Source: Azolla caroliniana (taxonomy: Eukaryota; Plantae; Polypodiophyta). From it: a DNA stretch of 64,000 nt. A model generated the notes under the pieces. The model saw nothing but the letters and a program-made list of their open reading frames with translations, was not told the origin of the DNA and ran no database searches. Shown piece by piece: positions 50,604 through 62,830 of this stretch (position 1 is the first letter of the stretch; every line of letters begins with the position of its first letter). The stretch covers positions 1,302,001-1,366,000 of the forward strand of contig JBHGNT010000010.1 in NCBI GenBank assembly GCA_043228905.1. The letters run 5' to 3'. The position numbers and the translations under genes were made by a program.

Positions 50604-52784
50604 CTGATTATCAAAATCATCACAGTCTTTTGGTATTAAATGATCACGAAGCTCTTGCTTGTTCCTCTCATGATTTGGGCGAACTGTCATAAATTGTACA
50701 GTTCGTCGTCCATCTTGGCTACGGATTTTCGCATAGGCAGAACCATTGTCGAGGACTTTGGTCTCCATTCGTACCGCTGTAATGTATGGTTGCCCTAGGA
50801 TTATTGGATAGGTAGATCCTTCCTGCACAAAGAAATGTTGATCTACCTCTATATCACCAATAGTAACCTTTACATTTGGGCATGCACCAAATAAATCTTC
50901 CGTGACTGATGTGGCAGCTTTTACTCGCCAACCATGTTGAGTATCAATTGGCCATCTACCTTTCCTGTAAAAATCAGCACTCATTATATTTATTTCAGAA
51001 CCATGATCAATAAGTGCCATCACGGGGTCTGGAACATTTCCAATCTTCACATGATGCTCAGTAGTGGCTCTTGCCCAACATTTGAGAGAGTAATGGCTTC
51101 TTACATCTGTTGAATTTATCATTGAGGTTGATGCATGTTGAGAGTCAACAACAATATTGTTTGACTCGTTGCTCACCACTTCATATGCCACCTTCGGATT
51201 TGTCTCTTTAACCTGCTCATTTACTTGCTTCTTTCTTCGCACAATATCAATTATTTCATCATGAAATTCCTTTTTTGCAATACCTAATACTTCTCTTAGT
51301 GTAAATTCTACTCGACTGTCTAGTATTCTTGTTTCTAAAACTTTCTTTAAATCTGTATCCTTTTCAATATCAGACATTAATTTGAAAGAAGGACCAGATT
51401 TACCTTTTTCAACTTTTGCGTCCATCTCTTTTCTTTTGCTTTCTCTTGTTTCATGCTTTTTGGTTGAGCCAATCTCATCATCCGATCTTTTCCTTTTTTC
51501 TTCCACTATCACCTCATGCTCTTGGTGTTCTGCCATTTGAGCATAGACTGTCATAACATCTACTGGAACATCCCATCTAGTGTTTTTCCTCACAGAATCT
51601 CCGGCAACACGAAGGTCTTCCATCTTCATCTTTTGTTTTTGTGCGGTACTTACAACCTTCTCCCAGAATGGTGATCGGGATGGCATGTCATCGAGGCGCA
51701 CCCCTGCCGTTGCCGAGTAGTACATTGCGGAAGCCTTCTTTGCTTCAGCTTCTTCAAATTTAACCTTAACACCACCATCACCAAAGTTCTTTGTAAGCGG
51801 AGATCTAGTTTCAGTTAAGTAAATGTTACCATTTTTCCAATAGACCAAGTCTCGATTTTCCATGTCTTTATATTCCGCACAATCACGTAATCGATGTTCG
51901 AGGCTATCACACCACATGCATCGAGGTCGAAATGGTTCCCTTGACCTCGAAGTCTGACCATTCTCAAGCTTTGCCACTTTAATTGTTAGATCTTTCATAC
52001 TTTGAACTAAATCATCAAGCAAAGACTCACTCTTAGTTTCGATCATTTCTCGTGGTTGATGGACCATTTCGTGTGATGGTTCTCGACCAAGTCTTTGAAC
52101 TTCGATGTTTTGCTCAAGCCGATTTGTGATTCCCACATGTGGTATTTGTAGCATTGCACCATTCCTTTGCATTCTTTTCATAAATTTATTACAAGCATTT
52201 GTTACCTCATTCCAATCTGCAGTTATACCATCCTCAGTATTTGGTACTTCAAGCATGAATTCCAATTCTTTTCTATATCTCTTGTCAACTGCCTGCAAAA
52301 ATAAAGCAACCTTTTGCCAAGACAAAGAATTTCTTTCTTCTGGCTTTAGGTGTCCATACATCCTATCAAACTCTTTTTTTGTGTCAGACACAGATAACCC
52401 TTTATCTTCTTTTAAGATCCATTCATGAAATGAACGCATAGTAACTCGAGAGAAATCCTCACGAGCATATTCAGACACAAGTGCTTCTTTGAATGCATTC
52501 CAATCCAAACTATGCAATGCTTGTATTTCATGAATTCTATCTCTTAATTCCATGTCCACTAATTTATAAAAGTTTGCTATCATATTGACATCATTTATAC
52601 CAAACATTTCCATTTCATCATAATATATATTCACATACTTCGAAATATTTGTGCCATCAAACATACCAATCTTCTCTCGGACTTCTCGTAAGGCATGAAA
52701 TAATCGATCTTGATTCAACTTTTCAATAAACAACATTACCGGATCAATTGTACTCGTACTTGCCATGTTGATGTTGATCTTCAC
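50592..52784 (-). CDS. gag: B unit 2 Gag-protease
   Basis: Differs from unit 1 at two residues in the ORF track (EIF/EMF, IHS/IRS). Confidence 0.9.
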   Translation of the reverse strand: MKININMASTSTIDPVMLFIEKLNQDRLFHALREVREKIGMFDGTNISKYVNIYYDEMEMFGINDVNMIANFYKLVDMELRDRIHEIQALHSLDWNAFKEALVSEYAREDFSRVTMRSFHEWILKEDKGLSVSDTKKEFDRMYGHLKPEERNSLSWQKVALFLQAVDKRYRKELEFMLEVPNTEDGITADWNEVTNACNKFMKRMQRNGAMLQIPHVGITNRLEQNIEVQRLGREPSHEMVHQPREMIETKSESLLDDLVQSMKDLTIKVAKLENGQTSRSREPFRPRCMWCDSLEHRLRDCAEYKDMENRDLVYWKNGNIYLTETRSPLTKNFGDGGVKVKFEEAEAKKASAMYYSATAGVRLDDMPSRSPFWEKVVSTAQKQKMKMEDLRVAGDSVRKNTRWDVPVDVMTVYAQMAEHQEHEVIVEEKRKRSDDEIGSTKKHETRESKRKEMDAKVEKGKSGPSFKLMSDIEKDTDLKKVLETRILDSRVEFTLREVLGIAKKEFHDEIIDIVRRKKQVNEQVKETNPKVAYEVVSNESNNIVVDSQHASTSMINSTDVRSHYSLKCWARATTEHHVKIGNVPDPVMALIDHGSEINIMSADFYRKGRWPIDTQHGWRVKAATSVTEDLFGACPNVKVTIGDIEVDQHFFVQEGSTYPIILGQPYITAVRMETKVLDNGSAYAKIRSQDGRRTVQFMTVRPNHERNKQELRDHLIPKDCDDFDNQVFD

Positions 52785-53942
52785 TTTAGATGTCTCTTCT
52801 ACTTCCCCGTTTCACGTCGGGTTCACCAAATTGTGTCGTGGCGTGGCTCGCCTAGAAGCATAGCGTTGCGTAGACAAAAGATATCGTGAAAGTGAGGAAG
52901 GAATCACTGGGATTATGGACGGAAGAGACGAAAGAGTAGAGATAGATAAATAGTGATCAACAAGATATGACAAGATAGGATATAGAATGATATTTGAAGC
53001 AATAAAAGAGATTTATAATTATTTGATGAAAGAGTTACAAAAGTAGTTGTTCACGTCGTTGAACCTCCGAACTTTGTCTTGCAAGGTAATCGCTCTTCTC
53101 TTTCTTGATCGTAGACCACTACAATCTTCACTTCAATATTTTAATGAAGATAAGGCTCGAACCGCCTCCCTCTTGTTGAGAGTTGACCACCACGACCGCC
53201 AAGCTAGAGCTCCACCTTTATCTTGAACTTCTTCCTTTCTTTCTCTATTTTATGGTATCTCTTATGTAATACATAATTTGATTGATATCTCATACATATC
53301 TCCCTTTGATCTTCTCTTTCACCATTTAAATAGGTGCCCCCATGCATATGATGCATTGGAGGGTACAAATCATGCATGTAGTGCATGAAATGCATGTGAT
53401 GCATGATCGCCATTTGGCGTTCATGCATTACATGTGATGCATGATAAACATCTCGCTCATTTGAGCTTTTATGTATGAAACAATATATGCAATAACAATA
53501 AACATGAAAACATAATCTTAAAGAGAAAGGGCCTAGCCTAATGGTAGGTGTGTTGACTTTAGTGTATGAGGTTGTGGGTTTGAGTCTCAAAATACTATTG
53601 AATACAACATGCAACTTTATTTTTATATCATGAAGCAAATCCTTTATGTAATATAAAGTATATATAAAGTATGCTTTATTTTATGAATATTATTAGTGTA
53701 GAGTAAATGGTAAGATTTGAGAGTCATAGGGTGGGGTTATTGGTTCAAGTCCTCTCTTGTTCGTGTAATATAATATATTTATCTATATATATATATATTA
53801 TTTTTCTTTACATATATATAATATTATCATATGTGTTGTTAATATTATCTTTATATATAAAACATTATCAAATGTTATTTTAGTTACGTATTTATCTTAT
53901 TGTAGACTTTTAATGTGAAGCTTTCGTACTTCACGACAGCGG

Positions 53943-55300
53943 TTTGGGCTCCAGGATTACCATCTTTCATGTGGACGTAATTAGAGAGACCATTGGTGAT
54001 GATATTATCACGCCAACTCTGAAGCAAATTGATAGTACCACATGACATTATTAGGGCCGAGTTCACGTTACCCCCAATGTTAGTAGAGGCACTTTTCCAA
54101 CTTGTAGTCTTTATTCACAAGATACATAGCCAACCACATGATAGAAGATCTCATCAAGCCTTTAAGCCCTCTCAATCACTATATGAGTCTGGCTATACTA
54201 GCTCATGGTATGTCATGATGGTGAGTTGGCTTCTTGCGAATGGTCTAGACATTAATAACCTTAGGTACAAGCACACGATTGATAACACTTTAATCTCTCA
54301 TGATGACCGCAATAAAGTAATACGCCAAGAAATATGGCAAATTTACACTCGATATAAATGGATCATCCCACTAGAGCCACTACCATCTAAAATTTTGTAC
54401 TATAAGGAACACTTCATGCACCTCTCTAAGTTATGTTTGATCACGCGGCCAAATATCTAGATGTATTCTTACCACATGCACTAAGGGTTGCCATTGGACA
54501 ACTTAGAATATCATCTCACCAACTTGAGATTGAGAATGGTCGTACTAATGAAGTCCCGAGGGAGGAAAGGATATGTAGGTTATGCCACATAGAGATAGAG
54601 GATGAGTATCACTTTACATGCAAGTGTCCAACCTACGCCGAGATAAGGGCAAAATACCAAGACATACTTGGTTCCTCTCCCACCCTCCCCAAACTATTAG
54701 ATACTCTAGATATAAAGAAATTAGGCAAATACATTCTAGAGCTAAAACAACATCGAGAGAATACGTTACAAAATGTTGACAATAATGTTGCTAATGTTCA
54801 CCAACATGTAACAAATGAAGTTTTTCAGGAACAGGGGGAGACAACGAATGTCGACACACATGCATCACTCGGCCTTTCCCTTGATGAGGCAGAAAACCAA
54901 AGAAGAACTAGACGTCCTCGAGTGCCAGGTTTCAAATCAACTCGACGTGGTGTAGAAGCAATAATGAAAATAAGGGAAGGTGAGCTACACCGCCTAGAAG
55001 CCATGGCTAGGGCACTCTCTACATTGGGACCACGGTTCACACCCACACCAAATCCCTTTGACCTGCCACTTCTTTTCGAGAGGCTTAGGTGGAAATAAAA
55101 TTAGGCTTAGTGTAAAGTCACTTCCTTTTATCGAGTATACCACATTTTGTACACTACTAGAACTCTTTTAGCTTAACTTCTATTTTTACTTTATTTTATT
55201 TTAGTTATGATGACCGGATAAATACTCATTTTGTTTTAAACCAATTGTCTCATGGGCCAATTTTGGCCTTAGAATACGTTAATATATCTTTCTTTCTTTC
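53943..55300 (+). mobile_element. LINE segment 3: C-terminal region with CCHC finger, 3' UTR and (CTTT)n tail
   Basis: Frame resumes SLMYASA|VWAPG across the GCGG TSD; LRISSHQLEIENGR...ICRLC...EDEYHFTCKCP is typical of RTEX-type ORF2; (CTTT)3 at 55288-55299. Confidence 0.82.
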
Positions 55301-55611
55301 TAGTCACCAATAGATTATAATGAACTTACCACATTGTTTTAGGCCTCGTTTCAATGAGATAATATATATTTATTCCTCTTTGCAAATTTGAATTTTTTAT
55401 TCTTGTCCTAATAATTCATGGTTCATAACTTTGCTTGAACTTTAAAGGTTCCAAAATATTAAAGTCCATTTTGGCCATTATCATAAGCGAACTCCACAAA
55501 TTACTAAGAAAATATATAAACTTGTGATCAAAACCATGGAGCTATATCGTTTTTATATTAGTTGCAAAGAAGTCAATGACCTTCCCTCGGGATGTGTATA
55601 ACATGTGATAA

Positions 55612-56180
55612 ATGACACATTATAATATTTAGGGAAAAGTACTAGGATACCCCTAGAAGTTTGTCTATTTACCATAATGCCCCTGGAAGTTCCAAATTTA
55701 CCAAACTACCCCTATGTCCAAAAAATTACACTTTATAAAGTAATTATACACTCAAATCTACAAGCCCTATTTACCAAAGATTTGAGTGTATAATTACTTT
55801 ATAAAGTGTAATTTTTTGGACATAGGGGTAATTTGGTAAATTTGGAACTTTCAGGGGCATTCTGGTAAATAGATGAACTTCCAAGGGTATCTTGGTACTT
55901 TTCCCTAATATTTACTAGGTAAATATAGAATTTTGTCATCTAGTGCCAATTGATTAAAACTTAAGAACATAGAAAACTATCATACTAGAAACACGTTAGC
56001 AAAATAAATTTAACACAAGGTGGATATATCATGAAGGCAATAGTGGACGAGCAAAAAGTCATTGCAAGGGAGAGCAAAGCACATGTCGACACAACCCAAA
56101 GGGGTTAAAAAATGAAGTTGACGATGTTTTGAGTAGGCCACAATTGAAGGAAAAACTATGCGTGGTGCTAAGGAGACACA
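55612..56180 (+). repeat. Direct repeat copy 2, interrupted by the MITE
   Basis: Matches 19157-19440 once 55632-55914 is removed. Confidence 0.88.
55632..55905. mobile_element. Mutator-like foldback MITE (274 bp)
   Basis: About 128-bp imperfect TIRs GGGAAAAGTAC...GTACTTTTCCC around an 18-nt spacer; 9-bp TSD TAATATTTA (55623-55631, 55906-55914). Confidence 0.92.
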
Positions 56181-57429
56181 TTCCCTAGCCACATGAAATT
56201 ACCTTGTAAATTTATGACATTTGAAATGTTGTTAACTCATTATACACAAAATATTCCAATGCAATGAAAAAGAAAGTGAATAATGATCATAACTTTATCC
56301 TCAACATGTAAGGACATTCCATGCATTTCTCAGCTCCTTATCAATGCAATTTTAGAATCACTTAAACAACAAAGAAGGGTTTAGTTTTTGTGTGAGTGTC
56401 CCATCTTACTAACATGTAAGGTAGAAAACAAGAAAAACGCAAAAGTCTACCAATCTATCAAACACGTGGTGAACCAGACATTTCCAAATTCCAATGTATT
56501 GATGAACATACAGAAAATTTGTAATGTCATTAAGGTGGATATTGACAACATTTGCCGAGTTACAATGTGCTATTAGAGTGTATTTTTCAATACAATCGCT
56601 AGAAAACCATCGATGTTGGCTTTTCATGCACGAACATGTGTCATAATGGAATTGGGTAAGTCATAAAAAATAAAGTGACATATTTTTTTACTTTTAAGTG
56701 GGTTCCATTATCCATATAATAAACCTAGAAGATGGATGTCCAAAGTGATAAAGACTACCACTACCGGAAAGGTCAAGATTTACACGCAAGTTGAACAAGA
56801 AGATGAGTGAGTGGAGTGGAATGTTGGTGTGCAAGTGATAGCGGCGATGCGATGCTTCGAGATCAAGTGCTAGGACACGCATGGAACATACATATAAATG
56901 GGTCGGCGAGTGGCAGGAAAGGATAGATAGCTAGAGAGTTTTAGCGTCCATAGAGAGGCCGAAACAAAGGGTAGTGAGTGAGTAGGAGATTGGGCGTGTG
57001 TGAGAACGATACGGATCGAATAAGAAACAAAGGGCAGTGTGAAAAGGCCGAAAAGTGTAGAAGGGTGAAAAAGGCAATTGTGAGCGAGTCCCAAAAAATA
57101 CATGGGTGAATCCAAAAAAAACAAGAAGCTCATGCATAAGCATGACATGGCTGAAAAGGACACCTATGATCCGATAAATGCTAACTTCCAAGAACTGACA
57201 GACGATCTTTCTTTATCCACCCTTGCCTGCTTGAGTACATGAATATTGTGTTGATGTTTTCATTAATGTGAAAGCCATTTTCTATCTGAAAACATATGTT
57301 TAATTCGTGGTGATAGGAAAAAGCAAGCAATTTCGATTGAATGTACATGAATTTAGGATTTAGGGTTTAGGTGAGCCACCATTGCTCCATCATCAGCTTC
57401 ACTATCCCTAAACATAACCTTTCTTGAAT

Positions 57430-57437
57430 CACCTACC
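57430..57437 (+). promoter_or_regulatory. Candidate H-box/AC element (MYB site) CACCTACC
   Basis: Motif typical of phenylpropanoid promoters, about 580 bp upstream of the ATG; short, so may be chance. Confidence 0.35.
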
Positions 57438-57902
57438 AATGCTCTTTCCATAACTGGTGACACATACATGTATGATGCTGACATACTCTCTGAAGCTCCA
57501 GTCATCTTGCAGATTAGCAATGGATGCTATGTCTATGCCTTCATGAATTCGCTAGTAACCCTAGATCCGCAGATAGGAAACACGCAGAAAGGAAAGAGAG
57601 AGAGAGACAGAGAATTCAAAATTTTCTTTTTATTTTATCTAGTTTCTTTTACATCTAAACTAAACTAAACTAAAATTTCTTTCTATTTTATTGTTTTATT
57701 TTATCTAGTTTCTTTTTTCTTTTTCTTTTAACATCTAAACTAAAATATTGGACGGCCCCGATCGTCTACGATTTCCGACACGAGTTGAAATAGTGACGAG
57801 GACTTGGACTTGGACAGAATGTTGTAATAATGAGTACGTTGGACAAAAAAGCACACGAGTAGTCCACACGGGTCGTGCCTTCAATGGACATTCACTAATA
57901 TG

Positions 57903-57909
57903 TATATAA
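57903..57909 (+). promoter_or_regulatory. Candidate TATA box of the CHS-like gene
   Basis: TATATAA about 110 bp upstream of the ATG. Confidence 0.55.
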
Positions 57910-58012
57910 TTCCCTTCTTTCCCTTCACCCAAATTATGTTGTGTTGCGTGTCAATTGTGTGAGAGAGGGACACACCTAGAGGCTACTAGCCAACCACGTT
58001 ACCCCTAATCCA

Positions 58013-59389
58013 ATGGCTTCCTTCAAACCTGTCCCCCGTAAGATGGAGCGCGCCCACGGCCCCGCGTCCGTCCTCGCCATCGGCACCGCCAACCCGCCCA
58101 ACGAATTCTTGCAAAGCAACTACCCCGATTTCTACTTCAACATCACCAATAGCAACCACATGACCAACCTCAAGGTCAAATTCCAACGCATATGTAAGTA
58201 TAAACCATCATTTCAACTAGGACCTCATAATGTAATGTAATTAGCGTTCTAGTGGTCTCTAGTGATCCATCAGTGTGCGCGTGAAATGGCCGACCCATCT
58301 CCGCAGTACATGTACCGCTAACTCGGATCTTGATTCGTTCATGTAGGCGACAAGTCGGGGATTAAGAAGAGGTTCATGTACTTGAATGAGGAGATACTGA
58401 AGGAGAATCCCAACATGTGTGCCTACTGGGAGAAGTCATTGGATGCTCGGCAAGACATGGTGGTGGTGGAGGTGCCGAAGCTCGCCAAGGAGGCGGCGAC
58501 CAAGGCCATCAAGGAGTGGGGGCAACCGAAGTCGAAGATCACTCACCTCGTGTTTTGTACCTCGAGTGGTGTGGACATGCCGGGGGCCGACTGGGCTCTA
58601 ACCAAGCTCCTTGGCCTTCGTCCCACCGTGAAGCGCCTAATGATGTACCAACAAGGCTGCTTCGCCGGGGGCACGGTCATGAGGATTGCCAAGGACTTGG
58701 CCGAGAACAACAAAGGCGCAAGAGTGTTGGTGGTGTGTATCGAGCTCATGACGTTGACATTCCGAGGGCCCAGTGAGACCCACATCGACAGCCTAATCGG
58801 GCAGGCGATCTTCGGAGATGGGGCCGCGGCTCTCATTGTCGGTTCGGACCCCGACCCGAAGATCGAGCGCACGTGGTTCGAGGTCCACTATGTCGCCTCC
58901 AATATCTTGCCCGACTCCGATGGTGCCATCAACGGTCATCTCCGCGAGGTCGGCCTTACCTTCCACCTTGTGAAAGATGTCCCCGGGATCATCTCGAAGA
59001 ACATCGGAGGGCTACTCAAGGATTCCTTCGAGAAGGCATTCGGGCCCGACCCCAACGACACACCTGAGCTCAATGACCTCTTCTGGATCGCGCACCCAGG
59101 TGGACCTGCCATTCTTGATCAGATCGAGGAGAAGCTTGAATTGAAACCGGCCAAGATGGCGCCCAGCCGCCATATCTTGTCGGAGTATGGGAACATGTCG
59201 AGCGCATGTGTGCTCTTCATCATGGACCACATGAGGAAGAAGTCGGTCGAACAAAAGCTGGCTACTACTGGGGAAGGGCATGAATGGGGATTACTCCTTG
59301 GGTTTGGACCAGGCCTGACGTGCGAGACCGTGCTGCTCCGGAGTGTTCCTCTTGAGAATGGGTCAACCGAGGTAACCGCAGCCAACTGA
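58013..59389 (+). CDS. CHS: Chalcone/stilbene synthase-family type III polyketide synthase, 407 aa; exons 58013-58193 and 58347-59389
   Basis: GT-AG intron 58194-58346 splits the conserved Cys codon (RIC|DKS); catalytic Cys (QGCFAG), His (AHPGG) and Asn (GNMSS); GFGPG loop. Confidence 0.95.
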
Positions 59390-60409
59390 ATTCATCTTAT
59401 ACTAACTCAATGGGGGTGTCTTTGTGTGCTCTAGTCAATGATTTCACTAGGCATCTTCCTCATGGTGGTTATAAATGTGTTCAAGAGTATGAAAAATTGT
59501 GCTTCTCAATGAATCCAATGGTTTCATACTCGTCCTCGTCTTCGTCATCCTTAGGATTGTCATAAAATGAATTCAAAATTCTCTTAAATAAAATATGGAT
59601 TGGCCTGGTATAACATCGTCACGAGCTAATGCATAGTATGCATATGTATATTTGTACTCAGGCTAAATTAATAGATTGCGTTTTTTTATTTCTTTGTTGA
59701 ATCTCTTTCGGTCGTGTTGGATTTAACTCGCAATAAATTTTTTCTTGACATGGTTAGGTCTTAGGTTTGATTCTTAGTTTCTCATCCCAACTTTTATGTT
59801 TCCTATTTGTTGTACCATTTAAAAATTTCTTGGGTGTGTGTTCTATAAAGTTTTTCATTGATTTTGTCTTATGATTATTTTGTTTCTCATTTTTATGTAA
59901 TTACTTTACCTAATAGCAATCTTACCTTCATCGTAAGCTATTCCCTTTCTGCAATGCCAATGAATTATGAAATGGGAAAACTATGAAGACCCATGCTTCA
60001 CACATTATATTACATATTTTGTAGATAATTACAAAACCATAATATGAAGTTCATGGAAACTTCACATATCAGTACATGTTAGAGCCCTCAATTGTTTGCC
60101 ACCTAAACCATTACTTCCGTATAACTAAGCTCACTCTCACTACGATGTGAGACATGATGTTCATGCATAAGTGATTAGAGTAGTCAATTGTGCAAAATTT
60201 GCCCTAAACAAGTTTGTTTACTTGCCAGAGAATTAGAAGCATTTTGTTAGAGTGTTGGACTAACAGTGAATGTGGATAAAACAAAAATGATGATATTGTG
60301 AACCATCAAATCTCACAGACACTCTTCACTCACATATAAGGGAGAACATTTACAATTTTCGCAAAACTTTAAGTAAATTAGTATTGGTGTACCCCCCACA
60401 AATAAGTGG

Positions 60410-60810
60410 AGTCTACACTTTGAGTGTAAGGTTAAAGTTGGTTGGGAAACCTATTATATGTTGGAGGAACCCTGCAACCAAAGTGATACTCATGGATGGG
60501 AAGGGAAACTAATGTTATTTAAGGCAATGGTAACACAAGTCTTGCTTTATGGAGTAGAGATGTGGGGCGACACTATCCCTCATAATGCATGGAATGAATT
60601 GACAAGATTCAAACAATGTTTTTAATGATAGAATAAGAAGTTAATCAATCCACCATCTCCAATTAGGTTATGCTCTTGGAGACAAGTGTTTGACCTATAC
60701 AGATGTTGATACTACAAAGAGTATATAGATACATTACAAAAGTCAAGGATATGCCAAATAATAGATTACTGCATCTTGTTTGGAATGTTGAATATAAACC
60801 ACGAAAGAAT
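60410..60810 (+). mobile_element. Heavily decayed LINE ORF2 fragment (post-RT region)
   Basis: Reads LFKAMVTQVLLYGVEMWG...MLLET...YITKVKDMPNNRL through lesions. Confidence 0.55.
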
Positions 60811-60979
60811 CACACTTAAGAGAGGGTGATGACATATTAGGAGAGGGTGGTGACTAGAGTGTCACAATAAAGAAAGCACCTAGAAGGTTGAACTCATTTG
60901 TGTATGCCCAATTCACACACCGAGAATTTGTGCTTCAAAGTATGAAAATCCCTTATTAGAAAGGAGAAAAGTTTTGTAC

Positions 60980-61006
60980 TTATAAGGTTCAATGGGTCAA
61001 TATACC
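60980..61006. other. Unassigned spacer just before the (TC)n microsatellite at 61039-61066
   Basis: Only the adjacent microsatellite is supported by direct reading. Confidence 0.15.
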
Positions 61007-61035
61007 TCTCTATGGATTCTAAAAAATATCAAATC

Positions 61036-61070
<35 letters not shown>

Positions 61071-61353
61071 TGAAAACACACAATTATATTAATAAATGTG
61101 TGTAAAAAACACTACTTACAATGGGCGTGACAATGGAGTATGGTCACCCACTAACTACACTACATGGGTAGTGGAACATGTTGAATTGCCAATGGGCAAG
61201 ACGAAGACTCCACCGAGGAAAGAATTTCCACTTGCTCCAATAAAGAAAATTGTCACATTAGTACACCCTTCAACTTTCGTAGATATATGCTTTCACCCCA
61301 TGTCTACTATTGAATACAAAAGTGTTGAGCATATTCCAATTATGACGCAATCC

Positions 61354-62560
61354 TCAATATCTTAGAAATAGAAAAACGATCTCCATCTCTAATTTTGGGT
61401 CAACTTGTGTAAATTGTTCAAACACGCATTGTCTAGGTGTCAAATAACACCGTGCTAAGACTTGCCAAATTTGAGAAATGTTACTCCAAATCTTACAAGC
61501 AATTAGACATTGTATAAATTGATGAATACTATCTTCCATTTGAACAATGCAAAAAAAGCAATTACCCATTGCTAATCCACGACGCTTTAGAGCTAATCCC
61601 AAAGACAATCCTCGAATCAAAACTCTCCAAATGAAGACCTTCGCTACAAGTGGCAATTCAAAATGCCAGCTACGTTGTAAGATCTGCCACCACCCATGAT
61701 AAGATTTGTGTATTCTCCATTCTTCTTCAGCTTTAGATGATAACCATCCAAAAGACTCAACAAAGCAATTATATAAAAGATTAGTAGTCACTTGTAACAA
61801 CGACATTTGACCCTTTAAACACCAATCAATCCATGGTTGTTCTCCTGTTTGTAGAGGTAATAGACCTTGCATCAATGGAATATTTTGTAGTTGTTGCCAA
61901 ATAAACCCATAATTAGGCGGAATGCGTAATAATTGTCGTGCTTCAACAAACCCCAAAATTATTTGAGATGAAGCCTCAACTATATCTCCCACCTCTTTGG
62001 CCCCCAAACGAAACAAACTATTAAATTGAGTGTGCAATCTCTCCTTTCCTGGCCAACATAATAACCAAGAAGACATGTCAAGCAACGCTTTTTGCAAAGA
62101 ATTACAATGCTCTTTACTAGATGATGGTTTCCATACACATAACAAGAGTGCTTCTTGGCATGAGGTAACCAAGTGTTGAACACATGTAGAGTTTGTAATC
62201 CTAAGTGAAATACATCCATTCAGTAATTGTCACCATGAAGCCTTAATCGTTGTCGTCCCATGTGTTAAACCCTTGTTCTCGATGAAATATTGAACAATAG
62301 ATATCAGTGGGTTGTAAGTTTGAACACACGTCTTGTAATAATGAAAATCAACGAGCCATCATATGCTTAGATAAGTTCAATATTCCAGTCCCCCCCAAGC
62401 GTTTAGGGGTTGCTAGATGATTCCACGCAACCCAAGTGATTCCCATCTTATCCCTCTTCTTCCACAACAAATATCGAAGAGGTTGCAAAATAGAATACAA
62501 ACTTTAAGCCTTCTTTGTCCATGGCGACAATGACAAATAATATAATATCATGGGTTAACA
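61354..62560 (-). mobile_element. Decayed L1-like LINE fragment with zf-RVT region
   Basis: WVAWNHLATPKRLGGTGILNL near 62380-62440; KVFIWRVL...CFFC...EDSIHQFIQC. Confidence 0.75.
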
Positions 62561-62830
62561 CGTTCGCGTTCACAAGTGAAAGGATCGCGCATAAATGGAA
62601 GAATAAGGAATATTCCATTGGATCTTAGTACTTTTTCAATGATAATACAAAGCACATTGATACTAGTACCATACATTCTCAAATATACTATGAAAAAGGG
62701 AGAAAATCCACCATTTTCGTGATTTAAAAATGAATAAAAAAATTGAATTTTCGAAAAGTTACATTCTTAATTTATATCTAGCAAAAGGTAGATATAGTTG
62801 AGAGCCAAAAATACATTCATGATCACTCAT

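Larger units (their letters stand above)
39158..53938 (-). mobile_element. Ty3/gypsy family B tandem dimer (LTR-internal-LTR-internal-LTR), AT-rich relative of family A
   Basis: Three 1105-bp LTRs (39158-40262, 45996-47100, 52834-53938); period 6838 bp; one 4-bp TSD GCGG; tRNA-Trp PBS and PPT in each unit; proteins align with A. Confidence 0.96.

Noticed and set aside
57352-57371. TTTAGGA-TTTAGGG-TTTAGG as an interstitial telomere
   Set aside because: Only about three imperfect units; at most a telo-box
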